The notes beneath the pieces were generated by a model. The model ran no database searches. It saw only the letters and a list, made by a program, of their open reading frames with translations, and was not told where the DNA came from. 64,000 nt of DNA from an uncultured Phycisphaerales bacterium (GTDB lineage: Bacteria > Planctomycetota > Phycisphaerae > Tepidisphaerales > Tepidisphaeraceae): positions 96,001 to 160,000 of the forward strand of contig CAWJPJ010000006.1 in the NCBI GenBank assembly GCA_963844715.1, written 5' to 3'. The translations under genes were made by a program, and so were the position numbers. Shown piece by piece: positions 45,388 to 57,525 of the stretch; position 1 is the first letter of the stretch; every line of letters starts with the position of its first letter.

Positions 45388-46808
45388 TTAGTCCCCCGGC
45401 TCGGTGGCTGGGGCGTATTTTTTCACTTCCAGGACGGCGTCGAATTTGTCGCGGTCGCGCTTGACCTCAAGGAGAACGCGGTCGTCCTTTTCCTTGATGG
45501 TCTGATTATACAAATCTTCGAAAGACTGCATGCCGGAGATGGGGAGGGAATTAATCGAAAGTATGACGTCGCCCTGCAGGAGTTGGGCGCTGTTCGACGG
45601 GATCACCTTCCGCGTCGCTGGTGATCCAGACGCCGGCGACTTTATCGAGCTGATTTTCGACGGCGTAACGGCGCGTGACTTGCCGGAGGGACACTCCCCA
45701 GTGGGAGAAGCCCTTTTCATCGCCGAGATAACCTTCCAGAAGGACGGGGGTGGCGGCGAGAGTCAGCGTTTGCTTTTCGCGCTTGATGGTAAGAGTGACA
45801 GGGGCGCCGACGAGGAGATCGGCCAGGCGTTTGCGGACGGGGGCGAGTTCCTCGGGGAAGCGGACGTTGGTGGCGATGCCGTTGACGGCCAGGAGAATGT
45901 CCTGAGAACGGATGCCGGCGTCGTGGGCGGGGCCGATGCGGTCGACGCTGTCGATGAGCACGCCCTGGTCGAGATTCACGTCGTAGAAGGATTCCAGTTC
46001 GTGGAGGGGCATGAGTTCCATGCCCAGGTCGCTGCGGGTGACGGAGCCTTTTTTATCCGCCGTGGCAGATTGGAGGATGGCGGCGATGACGGGTTTTGCG
46101 GTGTCGATGGGGATGGCGAAGTTGAGGTTCTTGCGCCCCGCCGCGGGTATTGATGCCGACGACTTTGCCGTTCAGGTCGACAAGGGGACCGCCGCTGTTG
46201 CCGGGGTTGATGGGGACGTCCATCTGGATCCAATTGGAGAAGTCGCCGGTTTCGTAGCCGTCGATGTCCATGTCCTTGATGTTGTCGTAGAAGGTTCGGT
46301 CGGTGTTGGAGACGCTGCCGCGCGTGACGGTCCGGGCCAGGCCGTAGGGAGTGCCGAAGGCCATGACGTCCTGCCCGACGAGGACGGCGGAGCTGTCGCC
46401 AAGCTGGGCGATGCTGAAGGTGATGTTTCGTTGCTTAATGACATCCGGGTCCATTTGGATGATGGCCAGGTCGGTCCAGTGATCGTCGCCGATGAGACGG
46501 GCGGGGACGCGCTCCTTGCTGGCGAGGGTGACATAAAGCTCGGCGGCGCGCCCGGCGACGTGATAGTTGGTCAGGATTCTGCCCTGGGAGTCGATGATGA
46601 CGCCCGAGCCGTTGCCGCGGATGAGGGATTGTTTTCCTTCGCGATATTCCGCCTGAGCGACGTCAACGCGGACGACGGCGGGGGAGATCATGGAAGTCAC
46701 TTTGGTGACGCGATCGGGGGTGGCCTGGGGATAAGGCTGGGCATCCTGGCAGGAAGCCAGAGGGGGAAAGACTAGGAAAAGAAAAAGGGACTTTAGGGGG
46801 AGCCTCAT
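45388..46808 (-). CDS. DegP/HtrA family serine protease with PDZ domains (frameshifts)
   Basis: GSGVII, LTNYHV, TDLAI, INPGNSGGPL catalytic-triad motifs; signal peptide. Confidence 0.9.
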
Positions 46809-46919
46809 CCGTTGGGGTAAAGATCGTCGAAGCGGCGTTGTGTAGCAACCCCCGGGGCGAAGATAAAGAATTTGAATCGCGAAGAGCGAAGACGGCGAAG
46901 CTAAGACAGATCATTCGCC

Positions 46920-47460
46920 TCAGCTGAACGTCGCCAGGGTGGAATAGGTCGCGCCTTTGTCGGTCAGTCGGCTCTCTTTGAGAACAAACTCATCGACAGC
47001 GAATTTGAGATTTGAGATCGCCACCGAAGCGAGTTTCGCGCGGGCGTCCGGGTCCACGCGTCTCTTCACGCGCCCCAGCGTCACATGCGGGGTCCACCGC
47101 CGACCCTCTAGCGGAAAACCGGCCTCATGACATGCCCGATCAATTTCTTCGGCCAAATGCGGCGCATCGATTTCCCTCGTCCTCCATCGCCGCGCCCACG
47201 ATATGAATTGGTCCATGCGGCGGAAAGCATAGTACCCCGCATATACGCAAGGAAATCGCCGGCTCAATGTGAACGCCTTTCAAAGCCGCGATAACGCTCG
47301 GCAATTCTCGGTCCTCGGTATCCCCGAGAAATTTTAGGGTCAGATGAAGCTGCTCGGCGAGCGTCCACCTGGCTGGAATCAACGGACGCAATATTTCCTG
47401 CATCTTCTGAAGATGCCTGACAACCGATTCCTGCGGCTCGATGGCGACAAACAGACGCAT
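46920..47460 (-). CDS. thpR: RNA 2',3'-cyclic phosphodiesterase, 2H family (frameshift near 47150)
   Basis: MRLFVAI, HLTLKFLG, PHVTLGR, ESRL...GATY. Confidence 0.88.
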
Positions 47461-47524
47461 TCCCGGCCCCATTCTAATCCGAGCGCTTTCAAAATCGCGC
47501 CTCTCGGATAGAGTGATTTATCAG

Positions 47525-48418
47525 ATGCATCCAATTCGCATCGAGAACAACGCGATTCGCATGGAAGTCTGGCCGCAATTCGGGGGCAAGGTCTCGAGCA
47601 TCGTCGATAAGGCCGATCATTTCGACTTGATGTTTTCCTACCCGATGGAGCTGCCGGACAATCCCTGTTACGACGCCTCTTACGCCGACCACTGGTACTG
47701 CGGCTGGGACGAATGTTTCCCGGCCGTCGGGACCTGCGTTTATCCCTTGCATCCTTATAAGGGCGTCCCGGTCCCGGATCATGGCGAATTATGGGGCATC
47801 CCGACCACGACGGCGGTGCCTACTCAGGACGGCATCACCACCGTCTGGCACGGCCTGCGATTCGGTTACCGCCTCACGCGCAAGCTCTATCTGACCGATT
47901 CCTCGGTCGTCGCCGAGTACACGCTCATCAATCTCGCGCCCTTCGAGTTCCGATTCGTGTGGGCACAGCACGCGCTGATGTCCATGGCTTCGCCGGTCGA
48001 ACTCGGCGCTGGAAAAATCCGGTCCTTCAGATTGAGTCACGACGCCCAGGGAAAGCTCATCGATAAAGACTTCGACTGGCCGAAGACGCCTACTGGCGAG
48101 GATCTATCCAGGCTGGCCGAACTTCCCCCAAAACTTGGTTGGAAATCGTTTAGCACCGAACCAATCTCCGCAGAGTTTCAAATTAACTATCCGAGCCGAA
48201 AACGCTCGGTTCGTATCTCATATAGCTCGGTTGATGGGTTGCAAGCCTATTGGGGCATCTGGATCGGGACCGGCGGGTGGGGCGGTCACAACCATTTCGC
48301 AATCGAGCCTACGACAGGCCGTTACGATCAGTTAGATCGATCCATCCAGGACGATTCCGCAGGCCGCCTTGCTCCCTTTGGCCGCCGCGAATGGGCCCTC
48401 CGCTGGGACCTTTATTAA
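47525..48418 (+). CDS. Galactose mutarotase/aldose 1-epimerase-like protein
   Basis: PQFGGKVSSI, GWDECFP, PDHGELW, WAQH, AIEP. Confidence 0.75.
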   Translation: MHPIRIENNAIRMEVWPQFGGKVSSIVDKADHFDLMFSYPMELPDNPCYDASYADHWYCGWDECFPAVGTCVYPLHPYKGVPVPDHGELWGIPTTTAVPTQDGITTVWHGLRFGYRLTRKLYLTDSSVVAEYTLINLAPFEFRFVWAQHALMSMASPVELGAGKIRSFRLSHDAQGKLIDKDFDWPKTPTGEDLSRLAELPPKLGWKSFSTEPISAEFQINYPSRKRSVRISYSSVDGLQAYWGIWIGTGGWGGHNHFAIEPTTGRYDQLDRSIQDDSAGRLAPFGRREWALRWDLY

Positions 48419-48539
48419 GATTTATTCTAGGCCTTACCCAAACTGTAACTTCCTCCCAGAGGCGCATATAGTTAATTGAACACACAACAAAGCTCTCTTC
48501 TCTCCCCTGAAGCCCCGGACGATTTCCCCGCGTCCGGGG

Positions 48540-49094
48540 TTATTTTTTTACCCGCCCCAAAACCTGCGCGATCGACCATTGTGAAAGAGCCATGTACCCG
48601 CTGATCGCCACCGCCACGGCACAGAAGAGCTGAAACCCGATGACGTTGTAGGTTCGAATCACCACATACAAATTCAGCAATCCTGCCGCCGCGGTCAGGA
48701 AAAACACCGCCAGAATCACGGGCCTGCGAAGGGCCACGAGCAGGGCGATTCCTTCGATGAGAAGCACGACTCCGAACACCGCCATTCCCATATCGGACCA
48801 GAAAAATTCGCTGTGCGATGTAGGGGAGGGGATTCCCCTGGGCATCGTTCACTGGATTGTTTTGCTGGAACGCCGCGGGATTGTGGAGGTATTGAAACGT
48901 GTGCGGAAATACAAAAAGGACGATCAGCCCGATCGCGATGCTGAACCACGCTTCCGCCAGGCGCGGCGCATCAATGGCGCTCGAATATCGGCGGCAACGA
49001 CCGGTTGCGCGGGCGGCGGTGGCACCGGCGGCACAGCAGGTTCCGACGGGGGCTGCGGGGTCTGCGATAATTTCGGCAATTTCGACAGATCCAT
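48540..49094 (-). CDS. Hypothetical membrane protein (frameshifted)
   Basis: MDLSKLPKLSQTPQPP start followed by about 4 TM segments spread over several frames. Confidence 0.6.
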
Positions 49095-49177
49095 GACTTT
49101 CGCCCTCCCCCGTAGATGGGCAACCCACCATCACTGTATAAATGACGGACTGGCGTTGCAAACTATTCAGGAGATGC

Positions 49178-50208
<1,031 letters not shown>

Positions 50209-50246
50209 TCGTACCGGGATCTTGCTTATCGGCGATGGAAAAAACG

Positions 50247-50513
50247 ATGAAAGCCGCCAAACTGCCAATCACGGATTCCATACAGGAACTCGCACGGTTT
50301 TGGGATGCCCACGATTTGACGGACTTCGAGGGCGAACTCGAAGAAGCCACGGAACCGGTCTTCGTTAGCGACGATTCCATATCGCTTCGGCTAAGTTCCC
50401 GTGACGCGAAGGCGGTTCGCCGCCTAGCCGAATCCAAGGGGATTTCTCAGGCCAAACTAATTCAAGAATGGGTCTTACAGGAATTGGGGCGTCGTAAAAG
50501 GCGATCGGGATAG
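50247..50513 (+). CDS. CopG/BrnA-type antitoxin (orphan)
   Basis: LPITDSIQELARFWDAHDLTDF N-terminus plus ribbon-helix-helix ISLRL...LAESKGISQAKLIQEWV. Confidence 0.75.
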   Translation: MKAAKLPITDSIQELARFWDAHDLTDFEGELEEATEPVFVSDDSISLRLSSRDAKAVRRLAESKGISQAKLIQEWVLQELGRRKRRSG

Positions 50514-50573
50514 GGACATTCGGTCCGGAGCGGCGCGGAAGCGCCCGGGTCAACCGGTGGGGGTCGGCCGGCC

Positions 50574-50801
50574 TCAGTTCGTCGACCTCACCAAAGTCAA
50601 CACGATCGCCGCCAGGGCCGCGACGTTCACCCTTGGAAAGGCTCGGACCGTTTGGATTGATTTGTCCAGCGACTGCCCGCAATTTTGGCAATAGGGGCGA
50701 TTCGTCACGTGTGGCTGGATCTCCGGCGATCCCTCGGGGCCGTTCTTCGTGGCGATTCTGCTCCCGCCGCATCGCGGGCAACTGATCTTTTGCTGACGCA
50801 T
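50574..50801 (-). CDS. Small Zn-ribbon membrane protein (hypothetical)
   Basis: CPRCG and CQNCG pairs followed by a hydrophobic segment. Confidence 0.4.
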   Translation of the reverse strand: MRQQKISCPRCGGSRIATKNGPEGSPEIQPHVTNRPYCQNCGQSLDKSIQTVRAFPRVNVAALAAIVLTLVRSTN

Positions 50802-51274
50802 GATTGCTCTCTCTCTGACGGAGCGGCGTTGGTTGAACCGCATCGGCAATCCATTTCAGGCAACGGCGCGCCGTACCCAGCCGCGATCTTCACAGCATCG
50901 GCTAGCCGTTTGCGACGCACCTTTCGAGCCAATCGAAGCTGCACCCAAAGTAGCGGCGGTTAGCCGATTGTGCGACGCTATTTGATGTCAGGCTGGAAAA
51001 TGATCCAGGAGGAACTGCCTCAACCCCGTCAAAGCCGACGCTTACCAAACCCTAGGAAGCGGCACAGCCAATCGGAGGACTCCCGACCCTACGTTTGTGA
51101 TTATGAACGCGCTTTTATTGAAGTCAAAAAAATTCACGTCTTGGAGCGCCGTGTTTCCGGCCAGCCAACGCGATATTCGCACCGCGACAAAAGGACGGGC
51201 CCGCGATCTGGCAGCCCAAAGGGGCGATTCTGGCTTGCCAATGGGGGGGGCTGGCTTTATGCTCGCCGCTTAAT

Positions 51275-51354
51275 CGCTAGGGGTGATGCCGAGTTTTCGG
51301 CATCTGAGAACACACCCTTGCACCTGATCCGGGTGATGCCGGCGTAGGGAAGCG
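51275..51354 (+). ncRNA. TPP riboswitch
   Basis: GGGGTG...CTGAGA...ACCCTTGCACCTGATCCGGGTGATGCCGGCGTAGGGAAG consensus directly upstream of thiC. Confidence 0.95.
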
Positions 51355-51409
51355 AACATGCCTCAAAGAAACTTCGCTGCGCGGGTCCCGGAATTTAAAT
51401 GGAGTTGCC

Positions 51410-53148
<1,739 letters not shown>

Positions 53149-53156
53149 CTCTTCAT

Positions 53157-53235
53157 CCCCTCTCCCTGTACTCGGGGAGAGGGTTAGGGTGAGGGGTGAA
53201 TTTCGAATGTCGATTGCCGCCCCTTACCCCAACCC
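53157..53235. repeat. REP unit plus degenerate inverted partner
   Basis: CCCCTCTCCCTGTACTCGGGGAGAGGGTTAGGGTGAGGGG, TTTCGAA spacer, then CCCCTTACCCCAACCC. Confidence 0.8.
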
Positions 53236-53291
53236 GCCGTGCCGGAGCTGAAGGAGTGGGCGAGAGGGAAAACTGTTATAATCCTTTTCTC

Positions 53292-53450
53292 GTGAAATCG
53301 AAAAACGTCAAAGCACGTGCGAAGCCCACTGACGAGTATGAACGCGCTTGGAGCGTCGAAATCGCCAGGCGCATTGCGGAACTTGATGCCGGCCGCGCAA
53401 GACTAGTTCGTGGGCGCCCGTTCGCCGCAGACTTCGAAACGCAAGCTTAA
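53292..53450 (+). pseudogene. Putative addiction-module antitoxin fragment (TIGR02574-like)
   Basis: ERAWSVEIARRIAELDAGRARLV matches the family's C-terminal half; no toxin gene follows. Confidence 0.55.
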
Positions 53451-53477
53451 GAAAAAAGAGTCCGAAACGGAGCCCCC

Positions 53478-53931
53478 ATGCCCGAAGATAAACCCTCACT
53501 GCACATCGACACAGATTGGAAACGCCAGGCCCAGGAAGAGAAGCAGCAAGCTCGCTGAAGAGGAAGCGAAGAAGAAGGCCGCCGAAACAGTTGCCTCTCC
53601 ACCTACGGCCGCCAGCGTCGGCGTTGGCCCTGCCGCGCCCGGCGTATCCCCCAAAAACCAGGGCCGCAAACCCGAGGCAATTCCCGCCGCCAGTTTCGTC
53701 GGCCTCGTCCAGTCCCTCGTGACGCAGATTCTTTATTACCTCGGCGACCTTTCGGCCCGCGGCTCCGAGCCCGCCGTCAATCTCGACATGGCCAAGCACC
53801 AGATCGACCTGCTAGGCGTCCTCGAGGAAAAAACCCGCAACAATCTGAGCGAAGAAGAAAAGACCATGCTCGACAGCGCCTTGTATGAAACCCGCATGCG
53901 GTACGTTTCGGTCGCCTCCCAATACACGTGA
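53478..53931 (+). CDS. DUF1844 domain protein (frameshift near 53545)
   Basis: LHIDTDWKRQAQEEK...PAASFVGLV...NLDMAKHQIDLLGVLEEKTRNNL...LYETRMRYV. Confidence 0.85.
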
Positions 53932-53943
53932 TATTAAAAAAGC

Positions 53944-55916
53944 ATGCCGGATCAAAACATCGAATCCTCGATGCAAGAGACCCGTGTCTTCGAGCCCGAC
54001 CCCGCGCTCGCCGCCAAGGCCTGGATCAAATCCCGCGAGCAATATGATCAGATGTACCGCCGCTCGATCGATCACCCAGACCAGTTCTGGGGCGAAATCG
54101 CCCAGGAACTGCAATGGTTCCCAAAATGGAAAAATGTCCTCGATTGGAATCTCCCCAACGCCAAATGGTTCGTCGGCGGAAAGACCAACGTTGCCTATAA
54201 CTGTCTCGATCATCAGATCGCGCTAGGCCGCGGAAATAAAACCGCCATTCTTTGGGAAGCAGAGCCCGACCAATCTGCCGGCGCCGGTCCCGAAATCCGC
54301 CGCGTCTCCTATTCCCAACTTCGCGACGACGTCTGCCGATTCGCCAACGGTTTGAAAAAACTCGGCGTAAAAAAGGGCACGCGCGTCACCATTTACGTGC
54401 CCATGGTCCCGGAGGCCGCCGTGGCCATGCTCGCCTGCGCGCGGCTTGCGCACCGCACAGCGTCATCTTCGGCGGTTTCAGCAGCCAGGCCATTGCCGAT
54501 CGCGTCCAGGACGCAGCGAGCGAAATCCTCATCACCGCCGACGGCGGCCGCCGCCGCGGCCAGGTCGTCCCCCTCAAATCCAATGTCGACGATGCCGCCG
54601 AAAAAACCCCGCTCATCAAAAAAGTAATCGTCCTCAAACACGTCGGCCAGCCCATCAATTGGGTCCCCGATCGCGACATCTGGTGGAGCGACGTCACCGC
54701 CGGCCAATCAGCCGATTGTCCCCCCGAGCCGATGGACGCCGAGGACATGCTCTTCGTCCTCTACACCAGCGGGTCGACCGGCAAACCCAAGGGAATCGTC
54801 CACACCACCGGCGGCTACATGGTCGGCGCCTACCTCACCACCAAATATGTCTTCGATCTGCACGACCAGGACGTCTACTGGTGCACCGCCGACGTCGGCT
54901 GGATCACCGGCCACAGCTACGTCGTCTACGGACCCCTCCTCAACGGCGCCACCACGCTCATGTACGAAGGCGCCCCCAACTTCCCTGACTTTTCCAGATT
55001 CTGGTCCATCATCGCCCGCCACAAAGTCACCATCTTTTACACCGCGCCAACAGCCATCCGCGCCTTCATGCGCGCCGGCCGTCAGTTCGTCGAGGGGCAC
55101 GACCTCTCATCATTGCGAGTCCTGGGAACCGTGGGCGAGCCCATCAACCCCGAAGCCTGGATGTGGTATCGCGATGTCATCGGAGGCGGGAAATGCCCCA
55201 TCATGGACACCTGGTGGCAAACCGAAACCGGCGCCATCATGATCACGCCTCTCCCGGGCGTCACCCCCATCAAACCCGGCACCGCCACCCTCCCATTCTT
55301 CGGCATCGACCCCGCCGTCGTCGATCGCGAGGGGAACGTCCTCCCCCCCAATCAAGGCGGCCTCTTGGTCATCCGCAAACCCTGGCCCTCGATGCTCCGC
55401 GGAATATTGAACGACCCCGACCGCTTCGTCCGCCAATATTTCAGCGACGTCAAAGGCGTTTATTTCACCGGCGACGGCGCCCGCACCGACGATCGCGGCT
55501 ACTTCTGGCTCATGGGCCGCGTCGACGACGTCATCAACGTCTCCGGCCACCGCCTGGGCACCGCTGAAATCGAAAGCGCCATCGTCAGCCACCCAGCCGT
55601 CGCCGAAGCCGCCGTGGTAGGCATGCCCCACGAAATGAAAGGCCAGGGCATCGCCGCCTTCGTCACACTCCGAACCGGCTTTCACCCCAGCGAAGAACTT
55701 AAAAAGGAACTCAGCACGGTGGTAACAAAACAAATCGGCTCCCTGGCCCGCCCTGATCAAATAAGATTCACCGAAGCCCTCCCCAAGACCCGCAGCGGCA
55801 AGATTATGCGCCGAGTCCTGAAAGAATTGGCCACTAGCGGCGAGGTGAAGGGAGATACGACCACCCTGGAAGATTTTTCCGTTATCGCTCGTCTCAAGGA
55901 AAAAGACGAAGCCTGA
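53944..55916 (+). CDS. acs: Acetyl-CoA synthetase (frameshift near 54445)
   Basis: [55 protein letters not shown]. Confidence 0.97.
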
Positions 55917-56223
55917 AGAATCTCTTCGCTTGGGATAGTCCGGCTCCGAATCAAACCGGGAAACGCTCTGAGGCTGTCACGGGAGAAGAAAAAGCTTGCC
56001 CAAATGGCGAAGCTGAGTATGCTATGAAAATTTGCAACTACGTTCGTCGGCAGGGAGATTCCACGGGAACCGGAAATCCCCGCCAAAATAAGGGCAATAT
56101 AGATATCATTTGTTCGATCTTCGATGTCGGTAGCAGCGCCGGATCGCTGGAACGCGGTCATATATTGCGGATAACGGCAGCAAAAGGCCGGCGATAACCG
56201 AGCGATTATGCGGGGGCAGAGTT

Positions 56224-56424
56224 ATGCCAGAAAAAAATAACCAGAAGGAGTACGAGTCGCGAGCAGAACCCCTTCGCGTGCATTTGCCCCGTTTCCTTAT
56301 TGAAGACGATATCGGGTTGGGTGATGTCATTAAGCGCGCCACCTATGCGGTCGGCATAAAATCTTGCAAGGGCTGCGAACGCCGCGCGGCTTCGCTCAAT
56401 CGATTCATATCATTTCATCGATAG
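56224..56424 (+). CDS. Small CxxC protein (66 aa) in the PatG-DUF cassette
   Basis: RVHLPRFLIEDDIGLGDVIKRATYAVGIKSCKGCERRAASLNR; first of three co-oriented genes. Confidence 0.7.
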   Translation: MPEKNNQKEYESRAEPLRVHLPRFLIEDDIGLGDVIKRATYAVGIKSCKGCERRAASLNRFISFHR

Positions 56425-56479
56425 GTCGCACAGCGGAAGCGGCGTTATCGGAGGGTCGGAACGGGCAAAGGGAGCTTTT

Positions 56480-57385
56480 ATGGAAGAGCAAGCAACAACT
56501 CAGCCGATTGTGTCGGTAGCCGCACCACCGAGTGGCGGGTCGGGTAAAGCAACCTGTTCGGCATGCGGTGGCAGCTCTCCGCCTCCTGCCATCGGTCGCT
56601 TAGAGCCGGGACCCAGGCAGGCCACGTTGGTTGGGACGGTGACAGCGGCCTTCCCCAGCCTCTCGGTCGAGAAACACTTTGCCCAATTGCTTGGTCAGAA
56701 GGATTTTAAGGGATTCACAGATCGCCAAACCTTGCACGCCGTCCTTCAGAAGCCTGAAAACCGACATCTCGCTCGCAGGATGTGCTTCCTTCATACCCCA
56801 TATGGCAGCGGCGGATCTCCCGCGTACATTTTGGTACCCGAGGAGCGAGAGGACCTGACGCTTCTGGTGGATATCCTCAATCGTCCGCTGAACACCTCAG
56901 AATTTGACGTCGCCTACGGAAGAATCGTGGGAATGGCCCCGCGAGCCATGTGCAACGCACAGGAGTTGCCGATCTTATCCTTTTCCCAACTTTATTCATT
57001 CCGTCTCGAAACGTTTATAAAGTCTATTCCACGCCCAGAGAAGATCCCGGCCAAAGACTTCGAGGCGGCATGCGATGAGCTATTCCATCGGGCCATGCGC
57101 ATCGCAAGCAATGCAACCGGGAGCATGCTGGGACTCTCGTATGCCGTTTTGAGTTACGCCGGCCTATATAAGCTCGTGACCGAGAAATATAGCGAGAACT
57201 CCTCGCTGGCGTACATTGGCGTTAACCAATCCCGCGCCTGCGCGGGCTGCGCTGATATTCGCCTCAAGTTTGTTAAACGAGACACCGGGTTTGCCGAGTC
57301 CTTTGCCTTCTTAGTCAACGTTGATGGACCATTTCAATTTTTAGAGGAGCCCTTGCAACCCTCTTATGATACGTCAACGCCATAG
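56480..57385 (+). CDS. Cyanobactin PatA/PatG C-terminal DUF-like protein lacking the protease domain
   Basis: FPSLSVEKHFAQ, TDRQTLHAVL-PENRHLARRMC, PAYILVP, MCNAQELPILSFSQLYSF, FxVNVDGPFQFL resemble PatG_D/PatG_C (recognised by eye); GGGAG RBS; no S8 motifs. Confidence 0.75.
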   Translation: MEEQATTQPIVSVAAPPSGGSGKATCSACGGSSPPPAIGRLEPGPRQATLVGTVTAAFPSLSVEKHFAQLLGQKDFKGFTDRQTLHAVLQKPENRHLARRMCFLHTPYGSGGSPAYILVPEEREDLTLLVDILNRPLNTSEFDVAYGRIVGMAPRAMCNAQELPILSFSQLYSFRLETFIKSIPRPEKIPAKDFEAACDELFHRAMRIASNATGSMLGLSYAVLSYAGLYKLVTEKYSENSSLAYIGVNQSRACAGCADIRLKFVKRDTGFAESFAFLVNVDGPFQFLEEPLQPSYDTSTP

Positions 57386-57525
57386 CGGCCATTACGCTCC
57401 AAATGCTTGCCCGTTAGGATAAGAGCATGTCAAGTGGATTTACCCCTGGACGCAGAACCGATAGCTCAAGCTCCGTAATATCTCCGTTCCGGCCTAAATA
57501 ATGGCGGGTTGCTGGGAGCAGGAAT

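Noticed and set aside
48455..48482. GGCGCATATAGTTAAT as a dif site near the skew switch
   Set aside because: It resembles parts of both arms but lacks the 11-6-11 layout.
50970..51347. 125-aa ORF upstream of thiC
   Set aside because: No recognisable motifs, and it overlaps the TPP riboswitch and probable promoter region.
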